Origin: Candidatus Blackburnbacteria bacterium RIFCSPHIGHO2_12_FULL_44_25
GTDB lineage: Bacteria; Patescibacteriota; Microgenomatia; UBA8517; UBA10165
Direction of reading: 5' to 3'
DNA length: 64,000 bases
Assembly (NCBI GenBank): GCA_001816455.1
Contig: MHCB01000038.1
Span: 7,965 to 71,964, forward strand
Shown: positions 54,778-63,596 of the stretch, piece by piece
Layout: every line of letters starts with the position of its first letter
Numbering within the stretch: position 1 is the first letter of the stretch
The notes under the pieces: model-generated
Seen by the model: only the letters and a program-made list of their open reading frames with translations
Databases searched by the model: none
Told to the model about the DNA's origin: nothing
Made by a program: the position numbers and the translations under genes

Positions 54778-54981
54778 GTGTATAACTGGAACATAAACAC
54801 TTCAAAACTTAAGAAAAACCCTGAGAAATATGCTGTTTGGAAACTTGAGCAAAGTATTAATTTTGGCCTTAACGGGAAAAAACTGAAGATTAGTGAGTTA
54901 AAAAAGTATTGGGCTAAACTAGTTGTTGACCCACAAAGAAAAAAACTTCTAGAAATGTGGCTATGGCCAAAACAATCTTAA
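54778..54981 (+). CDS. Small putative antitoxin partner of the AbiEii-like toxin
   Basis: MYNW...WKLEQSINFGL; overlaps the downstream nucleotidyltransferase start. Confidence 0.7.
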   Translation: MYNWNINTSKLKKNPEKYAVWKLEQSINFGLNGKKLKISELKKYWAKLVVDPQRKKLLEMWLWPKQS

Positions 54982-55622
54982 CCGAAGAACAACAGCTCCT
55001 TCTTAATCTGATCTCCCAACAAAAAGATATAGCGAGTAACTTCTATTTGTCTGGTGGCACAGCCTTGGCTGAGTATTACCTTCAACATAGATTATCGGAG
55101 GATTTGGATTTTTTTAGCATGGAAGAAGTTGACCCCATGGCTATACGGGTGAGTCTTAAAAAAGTACAAAAACGAGCGGAGATAACTAAGATTGATTTTC
55201 AACAAAGTTTTAATCGGAATCTATTTTTTCTTCACTATAAAGACGGGATTGTTAAGATGGAATTTACTTATTATCCGTTTACTCAAATTGAGCAACCACA
55301 AATTGTCAACAACATTAAGGTTGATAGTTTAATAGATATTGCTGCCAACAAAACATTTACGATTTACCAACAGCCAAGCAGTAGACATTTTATCGATCTT
55401 TACTTGATTATCAAGACAAAGGGGTGGAAGTTTAAGGATTTAATCAAAAAAGCACGAGCTAAGTTTGATTCCCCTATTGACCCTATTCAAATGGGCCAGC
55501 AATTGCTAAAAGTGTCTGAGGTGTTAGATTATCCGGTTATGATTATTGAATTGCTGGAGAAAGAATGGCAGGATTTTTGGATGCAAGAGGCTCGGAGTTT
55601 AAAAGAGGAAGCTCTTGAATAA
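54957..55622 (+). CDS. AbiEii-family nucleotidyltransferase (type IV TA-like)
   Basis: FYLSGGTALAEYYLQHRLSEDLDFF, DIAANK and DLYLI. Confidence 0.9.
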   Translation: MAMAKTILTEEQQLLLNLISQQKDIASNFYLSGGTALAEYYLQHRLSEDLDFFSMEEVDPMAIRVSLKKVQKRAEITKIDFQQSFNRNLFFLHYKDGIVKMEFTYYPFTQIEQPQIVNNIKVDSLIDIAANKTFTIYQQPSSRHFIDLYLIIKTKGWKFKDLIKKARAKFDSPIDPIQMGQQLLKVSEVLDYPVMIIELLEKEWQDFWMQEARSLKEEALE

Positions 55623-55650
55623 TTTGATCTTGGAGCGGCTATCTTAAACT

Positions 55651-55938
55651 TCAAATTAATAGCAAAGCTAGTAAGACTAAGAGTCCTAAGGATTCCCAGT
55701 AAGAAATTTCCCTGGTATGAAACACTGCTGGAATTATATTGTTCCACAGTGCTCGAACCCACAAATTGATGATGGGCATTAGAACTAAAATAAGGGCATA
55801 AGTGCCAATAAATTCGCTTATTGATTTGATAGGATGTGTGGGGAATAAGTCTGAGTTTCCGGCAAGACTGAGTAGAGCAGTACCAGCCAGGGAGAGTAGT
55901 ATCAGGGGTTTGTTTAGTTTTCTTTGTTTATCTTCCAT
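55651..55938 (-). CDS. Small membrane protein
   Basis: Hydrophobic helices; LWNNIIP...ISYWESLG. Confidence 0.7.
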   Translation of the reverse strand: MEDKQRKLNKPLILLSLAGTALLSLAGNSDLFPTHPIKSISEFIGTYALILVLMPIINLWVRALWNNIIPAVFHTREISYWESLGLLVLLALLLI

Positions 55939-56157
55939 TTCTAAAATATAGCATACCCTTCTTTCTGTACGCTCTGTTCCTTTCAGAGCTCCTAATGCAC
56001 TTTTGTTCGAACACCTTTTAGCCTGGCTTGATAGCTTAAGGCAGTTATATCAAAAAGAAAAGGGAACTGATATTTATTTCTATATGACATTGATATAATA
56101 CAGATACAAGGGAAGGTTAATGAGTTTTAGAATTTAACAACCTTATTAATTTCATTC

Positions 56158-56688
56158 ATGAATCTTAAAAAGTTAAAACTTAATAAAAGTAATATTCTTG
56201 GGCTAAAAAAGGTTTTTCTGTTTATTGTCTTGGGCTCCTTAGCCCTATATCTTTTACCACTAGGATTTTCTCTTAACCTTATAACTCCATGGGCTGAGTA
56301 CAGAGATGAAACTTTAGGAATATCTTTTCAGTACCCTCCAAGTTGGCCTGAAACAAAAAGCTACTTTTTAGTCGATAATACATATAATCTAGTTGTGGGA
56401 CGTGTTATGCCGTTCCTTATTACTTTTTCAAAACCTACGGAAAATTATATTAGAAAATTTCCTGAAAATGATTACACTAAAGAACAGACAGTTAATATTA
56501 ATGGGATTGACCTCACTTTTTATCGCAAGAAATTAGCTAATCCAAATAGATTTGTTGGAACATTTGTCTCTCAGAAACCTCCTTTAGAAATAGCTATTGA
56601 TACAAAAACCTACGATTATAGTATTTGGGATCAAAAAAGACATGATCAGATAGTAAGAAGGCTCATCTTTAGTGTAAAGCCACTGTAG
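56158..56688 (+). CDS. Membrane-anchored PsbP/Mog1-like protein (AT-rich)
   Basis: TM helix, then W..Y....GISFQYPPSW; ends LIFSVK. Confidence 0.7.
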   Translation: MNLKKLKLNKSNILGLKKVFLFIVLGSLALYLLPLGFSLNLITPWAEYRDETLGISFQYPPSWPETKSYFLVDNTYNLVVGRVMPFLITFSKPTENYIRKFPENDYTKEQTVNINGIDLTFYRKKLANPNRFVGTFVSQKPPLEIAIDTKTYDYSIWDQKRHDQIVRRLIFSVKPL

Positions 56689-56705
56689 TTACATGCCACG
56701 TAAAT

Positions 56706-57323
56706 ATGAAAAAGCTAAGATTTAATAAAAAAGCTGCTATTATTGTTATTTCAATACTAATAGGTTTATTCATCTTAAGATCTCAAATTTATCTCGGGCC
56801 ATTTTATTCATTCGTACTGTTTTTACAAGACTTCCCTCAGGCCCAAAGACTACAAAAAATATTAAATGCAACTGATTGGAAGGAATTCAAAGATGAAAAG
56901 TTAGGTTATTCTTATATAATTCCAGAGTCTTGGGTTACTGCTGTAACTGACTATAAAACTACAGATGAACATCCAGCATACGGTCAAGAATATAAAGTAT
57001 CGGAGCATGCCTCACCTCAAGCCTATATCAATGTAGTCTTTTATAAAAATCCTAATAAGAATGTTCTGGAAACCTTTAAAAAAGAATCAAAATATTATGT
57101 TGATCCTAATTTAAGGTTAATAAATGGTCTGGAGTATTTTGTAGTACATGATACTTACAGATTTAATGGAGGACTTAAAGTGGGTAATTTTCTTCTTGCT
57201 AAGGATTATAGCTTGCTAGTCGAGGCTAGGCTAGGATACCTTTCAGATAGGGGTCGACTTGAAGCGAAAAAGGAAATAGAGATAGTAAATAAAATCTTTA
57301 ATAGCATCAAGAAAAATATATGA
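56706..57323 (+). CDS. Membrane-anchored PsbP/Mog1-like protein (AT-rich)
   Basis: WKEFKDEKLGYSYIIPESW...KIFNSIK; distant paralog of the preceding gene. Confidence 0.7.
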   Translation: MKKLRFNKKAAIIVISILIGLFILRSQIYLGPFYSFVLFLQDFPQAQRLQKILNATDWKEFKDEKLGYSYIIPESWVTAVTDYKTTDEHPAYGQEYKVSEHASPQAYINVVFYKNPNKNVLETFKKESKYYVDPNLRLINGLEYFVVHDTYRFNGGLKVGNFLLAKDYSLLVEARLGYLSDRGRLEAKKEIEIVNKIFNSIKKNI

Positions 57324-57387
57324 AAATGGGAAATGCTAAGTTAATCGAACACCCAAATCAAAGCTATTTTTGCCTCAATGTTGAGCC

Positions 57388-57407
57388 TGGAGCGGGATAC
57401 GGGAGTC
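57388..57407 (-). repeat. Duplicated 3' end of tRNA-Gly (att-like)
   Basis: gagcgggatacgggagtc at 57390 and 57494; the distal copy carries CCA. Confidence 0.8.
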
Positions 57408-57494
57408 CCTTCGATTTCACTCAGGGTAAACTTCTCCTCTCGTTTTCTACTCTGCTTCGCCAAGTTCACGCAAATGGCGAGCTTGTCGAATCAG

Positions 57495-57565
57495 AGCGGG
57501 ATACGGGAGTCGAACCCGTTTTTTCTGCTTGGAAAGCAGATGTTGAGCCGTTCAACTAATCCCGC
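57495..57565 (-). tRNA. tRNA-Gly(TCC)
   Basis: GCGGGAT acceptor stem; loop TTTCCAA; GGTTCGACTC. Confidence 0.88.
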
Positions 57566-57586
57566 TTGCGGCGGGTTTTCAAAAAG

Positions 57587-57659
57587 TCGGGGATGGCCGA
57601 TTCGAACGGCCGACCTCTCGCTCCCAAAGCGAGCGCTCTACCAACTGAGCCAATCCCCG
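57587..57659 (-). tRNA. tRNA-Pro(TGG)
   Basis: CGGGGATTGGCTCAGTTGGTAGAGC; loop TTTGGGA. Confidence 0.93.
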
Positions 57660-57696
57660 AAGGTGTTGCTGATTATACCAAATGTAGGATGTATAA

Positions 57697-58275
57697 TTGA
57701 AACTGGTGGCAGAAAAATTAAAAATCTTAATTATCAACGGGTCGGTGCATGTTGACTCTTTAAACCTCAAGATTGCAAAGATTGTTGAAAAGGAGCTTCA
57801 AAGTTTAGAGACTCAGTCAACTCTAATTCATTTAGGCGAGGAGAAACTTCCTCCGTTTGAGGGGTATGGTGTCCCTTACCCCCCTCGCGTTAATGAGATT
57901 TTAAAACTGATGACCCAAGCTGACGGATTTATCTTTGTGGTTCCTGAATACCACAGATCTATGCCTTCTGTTTTTAAAAATCTTTTTGAATACATAGACG
58001 ATGAGGAGGTAAAGATTGAAGACCGGCCGGCAGCTTTGGTTACTGCTACTGAGGGGCAATGGGGACAATTTGCGCAGATGTCGATGCATGGCATGCTTAG
58101 GACTTTGCGTGTTTGGCTTGTTCCGGATCAGATGTATATTTCGCAGGCTTCGACACTTTTGGACGAGCAAGGAAACTTAAAAGACGAGAAGCTTTTGGAA
58201 AGATTAAAGAGTTTGGTTTCCCGATTAGTTCGCGCCTCAGAACTTCTACGCCCCTTGAGGAACGGGAATGGGTAG
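57697..58275 (+). CDS. NADPH-dependent FMN reductase family
   Basis: INGS...SLN and ADGFIFVVPEYHRSMPSVFKN. Confidence 0.9.
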   Translation: MKLVAEKLKILIINGSVHVDSLNLKIAKIVEKELQSLETQSTLIHLGEEKLPPFEGYGVPYPPRVNEILKLMTQADGFIFVVPEYHRSMPSVFKNLFEYIDDEEVKIEDRPAALVTATEGQWGQFAQMSMHGMLRTLRVWLVPDQMYISQASTLLDEQGNLKDEKLLERLKSLVSRLVRASELLRPLRNGNG

Positions 58276-58316
58276 GGATTATAATTGTTGCGTTGGGGTG
58301 TTAGAATTGATTTAGG

Positions 58317-59816
58317 TTGAAGCGCATATTCTTTGTGCCCCTTCTGGTTCTCTCGTATCTTCTTTTGCTTTCTAATAACAATTTTTGGGGATTGGGTTTT
58401 TCGATTGTTCAAATTTTATTTGTTTGGTCTTTTATTTCCCTTTTCCCGCAAAGTTTAAAGCGTGGGGAAATTTTGTTTTATCTAGCCTCTTCGGTAGTTT
58501 TATCTGCTTTTCTTGCACTGCGCGCATTTGAGGTTGGAAGGCTTCTTGTTGTTTTGTCTGTTTATGTTCTTAATTCCCTTTCCGTTGTTCGTTTGAAGGC
58601 TTCCGGAGAGTTAACTTTAAAGGCGATTCTGGCTGCGCCTATTTTGGTTTTCTTGCGAGTGTTTAGAGAGATTGGTTGGGGATTTGCCGGTTTATTTCGA
58701 ATAGCCCGCAGTTCGTTCGTTAAACAAGATCTTGCGCCGGGGCGGGCTGAAAGTTTGTTTTTGGGCGGTGGTTTGGCGGTTTTTCTTGTGGTTCTGTTTG
58801 CCTTTCTTTTTTCCAGCGCGGACCCGGTTTTTTCAAGATATGTGGGAGATTTTTTGGGTAAGATTAACGTCAAGATTTCGCCAGTTACCGTTCGCTACGT
58901 ACTCGACGGTGTCTTTTTCTTTGGTCTCTTCTCTTCTCTGCTTTCTCCTGCGAAGGACAAATTAGATGAATTTTCTTCGCAAGGCTTGGGCAACTTGAGA
59001 CTACCTGTTGCTATGGCAGTTTCAGCGGTTTCTTTGGTTACTGGTCTATTTTTGGTTGTTCAGGCACAACACTTGTTTGCCGGAGCGGAACTTTTGGCAA
59101 AACTTAATATCTCGCATTCAGAATACACCCGCCGTGGGTTTGCGGAGTTAGTTGTTGTAAGTTCTATTAGCCTTATTCTTTTGTGGGTACTGGTGCGCGA
59201 ACATGCAAAGAGCACTACACGTTTCTTGTCGTATGTGTTTTTATCTGAAGTTGCGCTTCTTTTGGGGTCTGTATTTTATCGAGTTTGGCTTTATCAGGAT
59301 ACTTTTGGGTTTACGCAAGCCAGACTTTTGGGCGCGGTGTTTGCTTTATGGTTGGGGGGAGTGTTGGCGACGTTTTTGCATGTTTTATGGGGTAGAGTTG
59401 GTCGAGCACGGATCCCTTTTGTCTTGGTTTTTAATACAGTTATGGTGGTATTTGTGCTTAATTTAATGAACATTGACTATCTTGTTGGAGCAGTAAAGCA
59501 ACCGAATTTGGGTTATAGAATAGATCATCCGTATGTTGTTTCCCGGTTGTCTACCGATGCTTGGCCGGGTTGGCAGAAAACCTTGGATTATTATGCGGTT
59601 GGATGTCAGAATGATAGTTTGCAAGTTATGGATAAGCTTGGTGTTAGATACCACAATCTGGCTATGCGTAAAGAGGAGCGTACAGGTATTAAAGCGTTTG
59701 GGGCTTGGAATTTATCAAACTTGCGGGCGTATGGTTTTTTGAAGGAAAATTATGAGAAGATTTTATCTGTTGGAGTTTGTACTGTGCCGCCTGTAACGCC
59801 CGAGAGTGCTTCTTAA
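58317..59816 (+). CDS. DUF4153/DUF4173-like polytopic membrane protein
   Basis: LFSSADPVF, SEYTRRGFAEL, FGFTQAR and LSTDA. Confidence 0.82.
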   Translation: MKRIFFVPLLVLSYLLLLSNNNFWGLGFSIVQILFVWSFISLFPQSLKRGEILFYLASSVVLSAFLALRAFEVGRLLVVLSVYVLNSLSVVRLKASGELTLKAILAAPILVFLRVFREIGWGFAGLFRIARSSFVKQDLAPGRAESLFLGGGLAVFLVVLFAFLFSSADPVFSRYVGDFLGKINVKISPVTVRYVLDGVFFFGLFSSLLSPAKDKLDEFSSQGLGNLRLPVAMAVSAVSLVTGLFLVVQAQHLFAGAELLAKLNISHSEYTRRGFAELVVVSSISLILLWVLVREHAKSTTRFLSYVFLSEVALLLGSVFYRVWLYQDTFGFTQARLLGAVFALWLGGVLATFLHVLWGRVGRARIPFVLVFNTVMVVFVLNLMNIDYLVGAVKQPNLGYRIDHPYVVSRLSTDAWPGWQKTLDYYAVGCQNDSLQVMDKLGVRYHNLAMRKEERTGIKAFGAWNLSNLRAYGFLKENYEKILSVGVCTVPPVTPESAS

Positions 59817-59857
59817 TTACCACTTGACATTTACCGAAAGATACCCGAATATGGGTT

Positions 59858-60958
59858 GTGGATTCCCGAAGAATTTCCGAACATTTGGTGTTGCATTTGG
59901 ATATGAATGCGTTTTTTGCGGCAATTGAAGAACGGGATAATCCTCAATTTGTCGGTCGGCCAATTATTGTTGGGGCAGATCCTAAAAAAGGGGTGGGGCG
60001 GGGGGTTGTTTCTACTGGAAATTATAAAGCGAGGGAATATGGGATCCACTCGGGAATGCCTATTTCTTGGGCGTATCGGGCGTGTCCCGAGGGCGTATTT
60101 TTGCCATGTGATTTTAAGAGGTATGGCAGTGTATCCCGGAACATCTTCTCTGTAATTCGTGGTTATGGCTACCCTACCGAACAGGTATCCGTGGATGAGT
60201 GTTATGTAGAGATGCCAAATTGTGCGGGGTTTGAGAATTTGGCGAGAGAGATGAAGCAGAAGATTTGGGAAGTGGAGCGCTTGACATGTTCGGTTGGAAT
60301 TGGGCCGAATAAACTGGTTTCAAAAGTTGCCTCTAATTTTAAAAAACCTGATGGGTTGACCATTGTCTTAAAGAAAGACGTCCAACGGTTTCTTGATCCA
60401 ATGTCTGTTCGGGTTTTGCCGGGAGTTGGCCCTAAAACAGCAGGAGTGTTGCTCTCGATGGGAGTAATTACTGTTAAGGATTTAAGGCAGACATATTTAT
60501 ACAAACTAAAAGAACAGTTTGGTAAACACGGAGCGCATTTGTGGGAGCTTGCAAACGGGCGTGACGATCGAAAAGTTTTTGAGTCGCATGAGGTCAAGTC
60601 TGTTGGTAGGCAAACTACTTTTTGGAAAGATACAAAGGACCCAAGGATTATCTACGATACTACTCTTGGGCTTTTGAGGGAGACTTTTGAAGAACTTACC
60701 GGTTTGGGAATCTTTGGTAAAACGTTGACAGTTGTCGTTCGGTATGCCTGGTTTGAGACACATACTTCGCAGGAAACTTCGAAGGGGCTACTGACCTTTC
60801 AAGAGGCTCGCAGGCTTGGTTTAAAACTTCTGGTTCCCTACTTTAACAATAAGTTGGTTAGGCTTGTTGGGGTTAGGGTTAGTGGGTTTGGTGGTGGTGG
60901 GGTGAGGAGCCATAGTCCAGAGGAGGGTGTGAGCGGGGCTGCGACAAGTCTGGTGTGA
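59858..60958 (+). CDS. dinB: DNA polymerase IV (Y family)
   Basis: HLDMNAFFA, YKAREYGIHSGMP, SVDECY, KPDG and LPGVGPKT. Confidence 0.95.
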   Translation: MDSRRISEHLVLHLDMNAFFAAIEERDNPQFVGRPIIVGADPKKGVGRGVVSTGNYKAREYGIHSGMPISWAYRACPEGVFLPCDFKRYGSVSRNIFSVIRGYGYPTEQVSVDECYVEMPNCAGFENLAREMKQKIWEVERLTCSVGIGPNKLVSKVASNFKKPDGLTIVLKKDVQRFLDPMSVRVLPGVGPKTAGVLLSMGVITVKDLRQTYLYKLKEQFGKHGAHLWELANGRDDRKVFESHEVKSVGRQTTFWKDTKDPRIIYDTTLGLLRETFEELTGLGIFGKTLTVVVRYAWFETHTSQETSKGLLTFQEARRLGLKLLVPYFNNKLVRLVGVRVSGFGGGGVRSHSPEEGVSGAATSLV

Positions 60959-60989
60959 CTTTTGGTGTCGCAGCCCTGGCTTTGGGCGG

Positions 60990-61436
60990 TTAGATCTGCA
61001 CAGGTGGGTTTAGCACATTTCCTTCCGCCTGCCGGAAGTCGTGATTTTCCCATACTCGGTGGGTGGCTTGGCCTCCGACGACGTGGTAAATTGCGGCAAC
61101 ATTGTACAGGCCATGTGTGACGCCTGCCGGCATGGCATGTTTGACAAAATAGGCCAGTTGCACGCTAGGGATTTGGGCGGCGGCGACTATTGCAGTCAGC
61201 TCTTCTCAGATTCCGAGTACGACTACTAGGTCGTAGTGTGCTTGTGCTCCTCGGATAGATTGGAGAAGCATTGTTGGCACCGATGGTACCTCGTGGAACT
61301 CTGGTTGGAAGGCGCCAAGCCACTCTCGGAGGGCAGTCTCTTCGGGCGGTGTCAAGCTGTTCCTTGCGTTGATGACCATTACCATGGGAATCCTGGCTCC
61401 TTTTGGTCCGGGTTCGCGATTTACTTCTTCGGTCAC
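60990..61436 (-). pseudogene. Hypothetical gene interrupted by one in-frame TGA (61206-61208)
   Basis: After ...VVVLGI* the frame stays open for about 70 codons (EELTAIVAAAQIP...PPVQI) to TAA at 60990. Upstream are an SD and promoter TTGAAT-17-TAGAAT (61487-61515). Confidence 0.6.
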
Positions 61437-61519
61437 GGTCGGTCTCCCTTTTTGCTAAATGGCGCTTCCCTTGCGGGATAGTGATGATTCTATATGACTA
61501 TGGGGTTTTATTCAACTTT

Positions 61520-61850
61520 TTGAGGTCTTTTATCTGGCGAGGTAAACGAAGTTTAAGGGGTAAGTCAATCGAAGATAGCGTTCTGGGCACTGCCCTTTGA
61601 ACCGAAGTTCTCAGGATAAGTAAGCTGCCTGCCCAACAACCTACTAAGCAATACCCATAGTGCTATCTTCGAAAGTCTTTTATATGTCAATTGAAGAGAT
61701 TTTGTCACCTCTACCCTACTTTGGCAAAATCTTTTATATGTGCGCCCTGCTCTGGATTGAAACCAAGCAGGCAGATCTGAAAGATTCAAAAATAGATTCC
61801 AGTAACAAAAACAAATAATTGAGGGAATCTTAATCTCTAAACTTTAGATA
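61520..61850 (-). ncRNA. Candidate structured non-coding RNA
   Basis: Promoter TTGACT-17-TACAAT (61857-61885); hairpins and a three-way junction with a cUUCGg loop (61570-61671). Confidence 0.5.
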
Positions 61851-61919
61851 ACCCATATTGTACTACACTATGGGGTCAAAGTCAAGTGTTATGGGTGTGT
61901 TTACTTCATGGAATTTCCT

Positions 61920-62653
61920 TGACAGGGTCTCACCCTGTCAATAATATGAATTATGCCCGCGCGTAACAGTGTGAAGATCTACGTAGAAGGTGGTTGTTAC
62001 CATGTTTACAATCGGGGCGTAGATAAACGTGACATTTATCTTGACGATCAGGATTATCGTGTTTTCTTGAGTTTTATTAAACAGTATCTTTCTCCCGTTG
62101 AACCGAATTTTACACACCCCTTGTCTGATGTGACAGGGTTTCACCCTGTCAGGCTGCGTCAGTTGAAGTCTTTTTATGGTGATGTGGAGCTTCTAGCTTA
62201 TTGTTTGATGCCGAACCATTTTCACCTTCTACTTAGGCAGGCTACTAAGGATGGGATGGCTGAGTTTTTGCGAGCCCTGGCTACGAGTTATGTCATGTAT
62301 TTTAATAAGAAATATGAGCGGCAGGGTGCTCTTTTCCAGGGGTGTATAAAGCAGCTAATGTGGGGGAGGATTCATACCTTTTGCATTTGTCGCGATACAT
62401 TCATTTGAACCCACTCGGTATGACAGGGTTCCACCCTGTCAAGGCCTATCCTTACTCTAGTTATGCTTACTATTTGGGAGGGAAGAATGCTCAGTGGATT
62501 AACCCTAGTTTTGTACTAGGTTTCTTTAAGGAACGAGCTCGAATGGGGTTGCGCGACCATTTTTCTTATGAGGCGTTTGTAGAAGATTTTTCGATAGATT
62601 CTGCGGAGATGGTGGGAGAACTTGCTCTTGAGTGACAGGGTGAAACCCTGTCA
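61920..62653. repeat. Four TGACAGGGT-nnn-ACCCTGTCA REP palindromes around and inside RAYT-2
   Basis: Copies at 61920, 62131, 62421 and 62633. Confidence 0.9.
61953..62635 (+). mobile_element. RAYT / Y1 transposase, frameshifted near 62340
   Basis: YHVYNRG, LMPNHFHLL and GALFQG in one frame; YKA...RYIHLNP...YPYSS in another. One extra G in the G run at 62339-62342 would restore FQGVYKA. Confidence 0.85.
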
Positions 62654-62680
62654 AACGTTTGCGTGATATAATTGCTTTGA

Positions 62681-62764
62681 GCCGAGGTGACGAAATCGGT
62701 ATACGTGAGGGCCTTAAGAGCCCTTGTCCTTTTGGGCGTGCGGGTTCGAGTCCCGCCCTCGGCA
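62681..62764 (+). tRNA. tRNA-Leu(TAA)
   Basis: GCCGAGGTGACGAAATCGGTATACG; loop CTTAAGA; long variable arm. Confidence 0.92.
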
Positions 62765-62783
62765 CTCCTGTTTGCTTTCCTAA

Positions 62784-63530
62784 TTGTGGTTGATTTATAC
62801 TCTTGCAGGTTCAGCTAGGTCCTTTTGCAGATATTTGGCAACAAGGGAGAATGTTGTGGTGGTATCGGTTACGCGGCGTGTCGAGCAGGTTAGTGATGGT
62901 AGTCGCTACAAAGGTCATGTGGAGATCGGAGGAGTCACGTTCCAGTATGACTTGGAGTTTGTCGTTCATATCTCGCAGCTGGGGGATTGGAAAGTAATCG
63001 ACGACGTGAGTGCGGCCCGCGCCCTTTTTCGGCTTGCTTTGAAGCGGGACGGGGTGGAGCTTGAGCTTACGGACGACGAGTATGGCGTCTTTTTCCAACT
63101 GCTTGTCCCTTTCGCGGTGCACTTTTATAACTTACCCTCGACTCATGCAAACCAGGGAGGGTTAGTTGGTATGGCCTTGCGTGGCGAAAGAGATATGCGG
63201 GCTTTTGGGATTTCTGCCTCGGTCTCGGTTACCAACCACGCGTCATATGAGCTTTCGCCCGAGCTTTGCCAGATGCTGGGTGCTCCAAAGTTTGGCTGCC
63301 TCTTCGGCGATGATTCTACTCCTGTAGCTTGGGAGTATTGGCGGCAGGGCCCGACGGACGATGGCTTTGTCCGCATGAGCGAAGATGAGCTGCCGTTCGG
63401 GCTTGTGTGGAATAGGGTCGGGATTGGCGGAGAAACCGCTACGGAGGAAGGCGCGTTAGGCCCAATTTATCTGAGACGAAGAACTACGGATGCTGTCGCA
63501 GGGCCGAATGTCTCTTCCCCACACGTCTGA
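62784..63530 (+). CDS. Hypothetical protein (start probably ~62850-62860)
   Basis: Long ORF followed by hairpin cgcccgtt...agcgggcg. Confidence 0.65.
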   Translation: MWLIYTLAGSARSFCRYLATRENVVVVSVTRRVEQVSDGSRYKGHVEIGGVTFQYDLEFVVHISQLGDWKVIDDVSAARALFRLALKRDGVELELTDDEYGVFFQLLVPFAVHFYNLPSTHANQGGLVGMALRGERDMRAFGISASVSVTNHASYELSPELCQMLGAPKFGCLFGDDSTPVAWEYWRQGPTDDGFVRMSEDELPFGLVWNRVGIGGETATEEGALGPIYLRRRTTDAVAGPNVSSPHV

Positions 63531-63596
63531 CGTTCGCCTTGCCTGTGTGCACATTCGCCCGTTGGGGACACCAAATCCTTAGCGGGCGATTCATTT

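Noticed and set aside
57320-57770. ORFs of 63-125 aa over the tRNA-Gly/Pro region
   Set aside because: They are translations of tRNA genes and the att-like repeat.
61206-61208. Genome-wide TGA recoding (code 25/4) or selenocysteine
   Set aside because: Conserved genes translate fully under code 11 and several (murE, sodC) end at TGA. No SECIS-like or redox-motif context is evident.
36852-61876. ACCCCATAGT shared by the tRNA-His 3' flank and two promoter spacers near 61500 and 61870
   Set aside because: Only a 10-mer; a local promoter duplication or chance suffices, and there is no integrase to suggest att sites.
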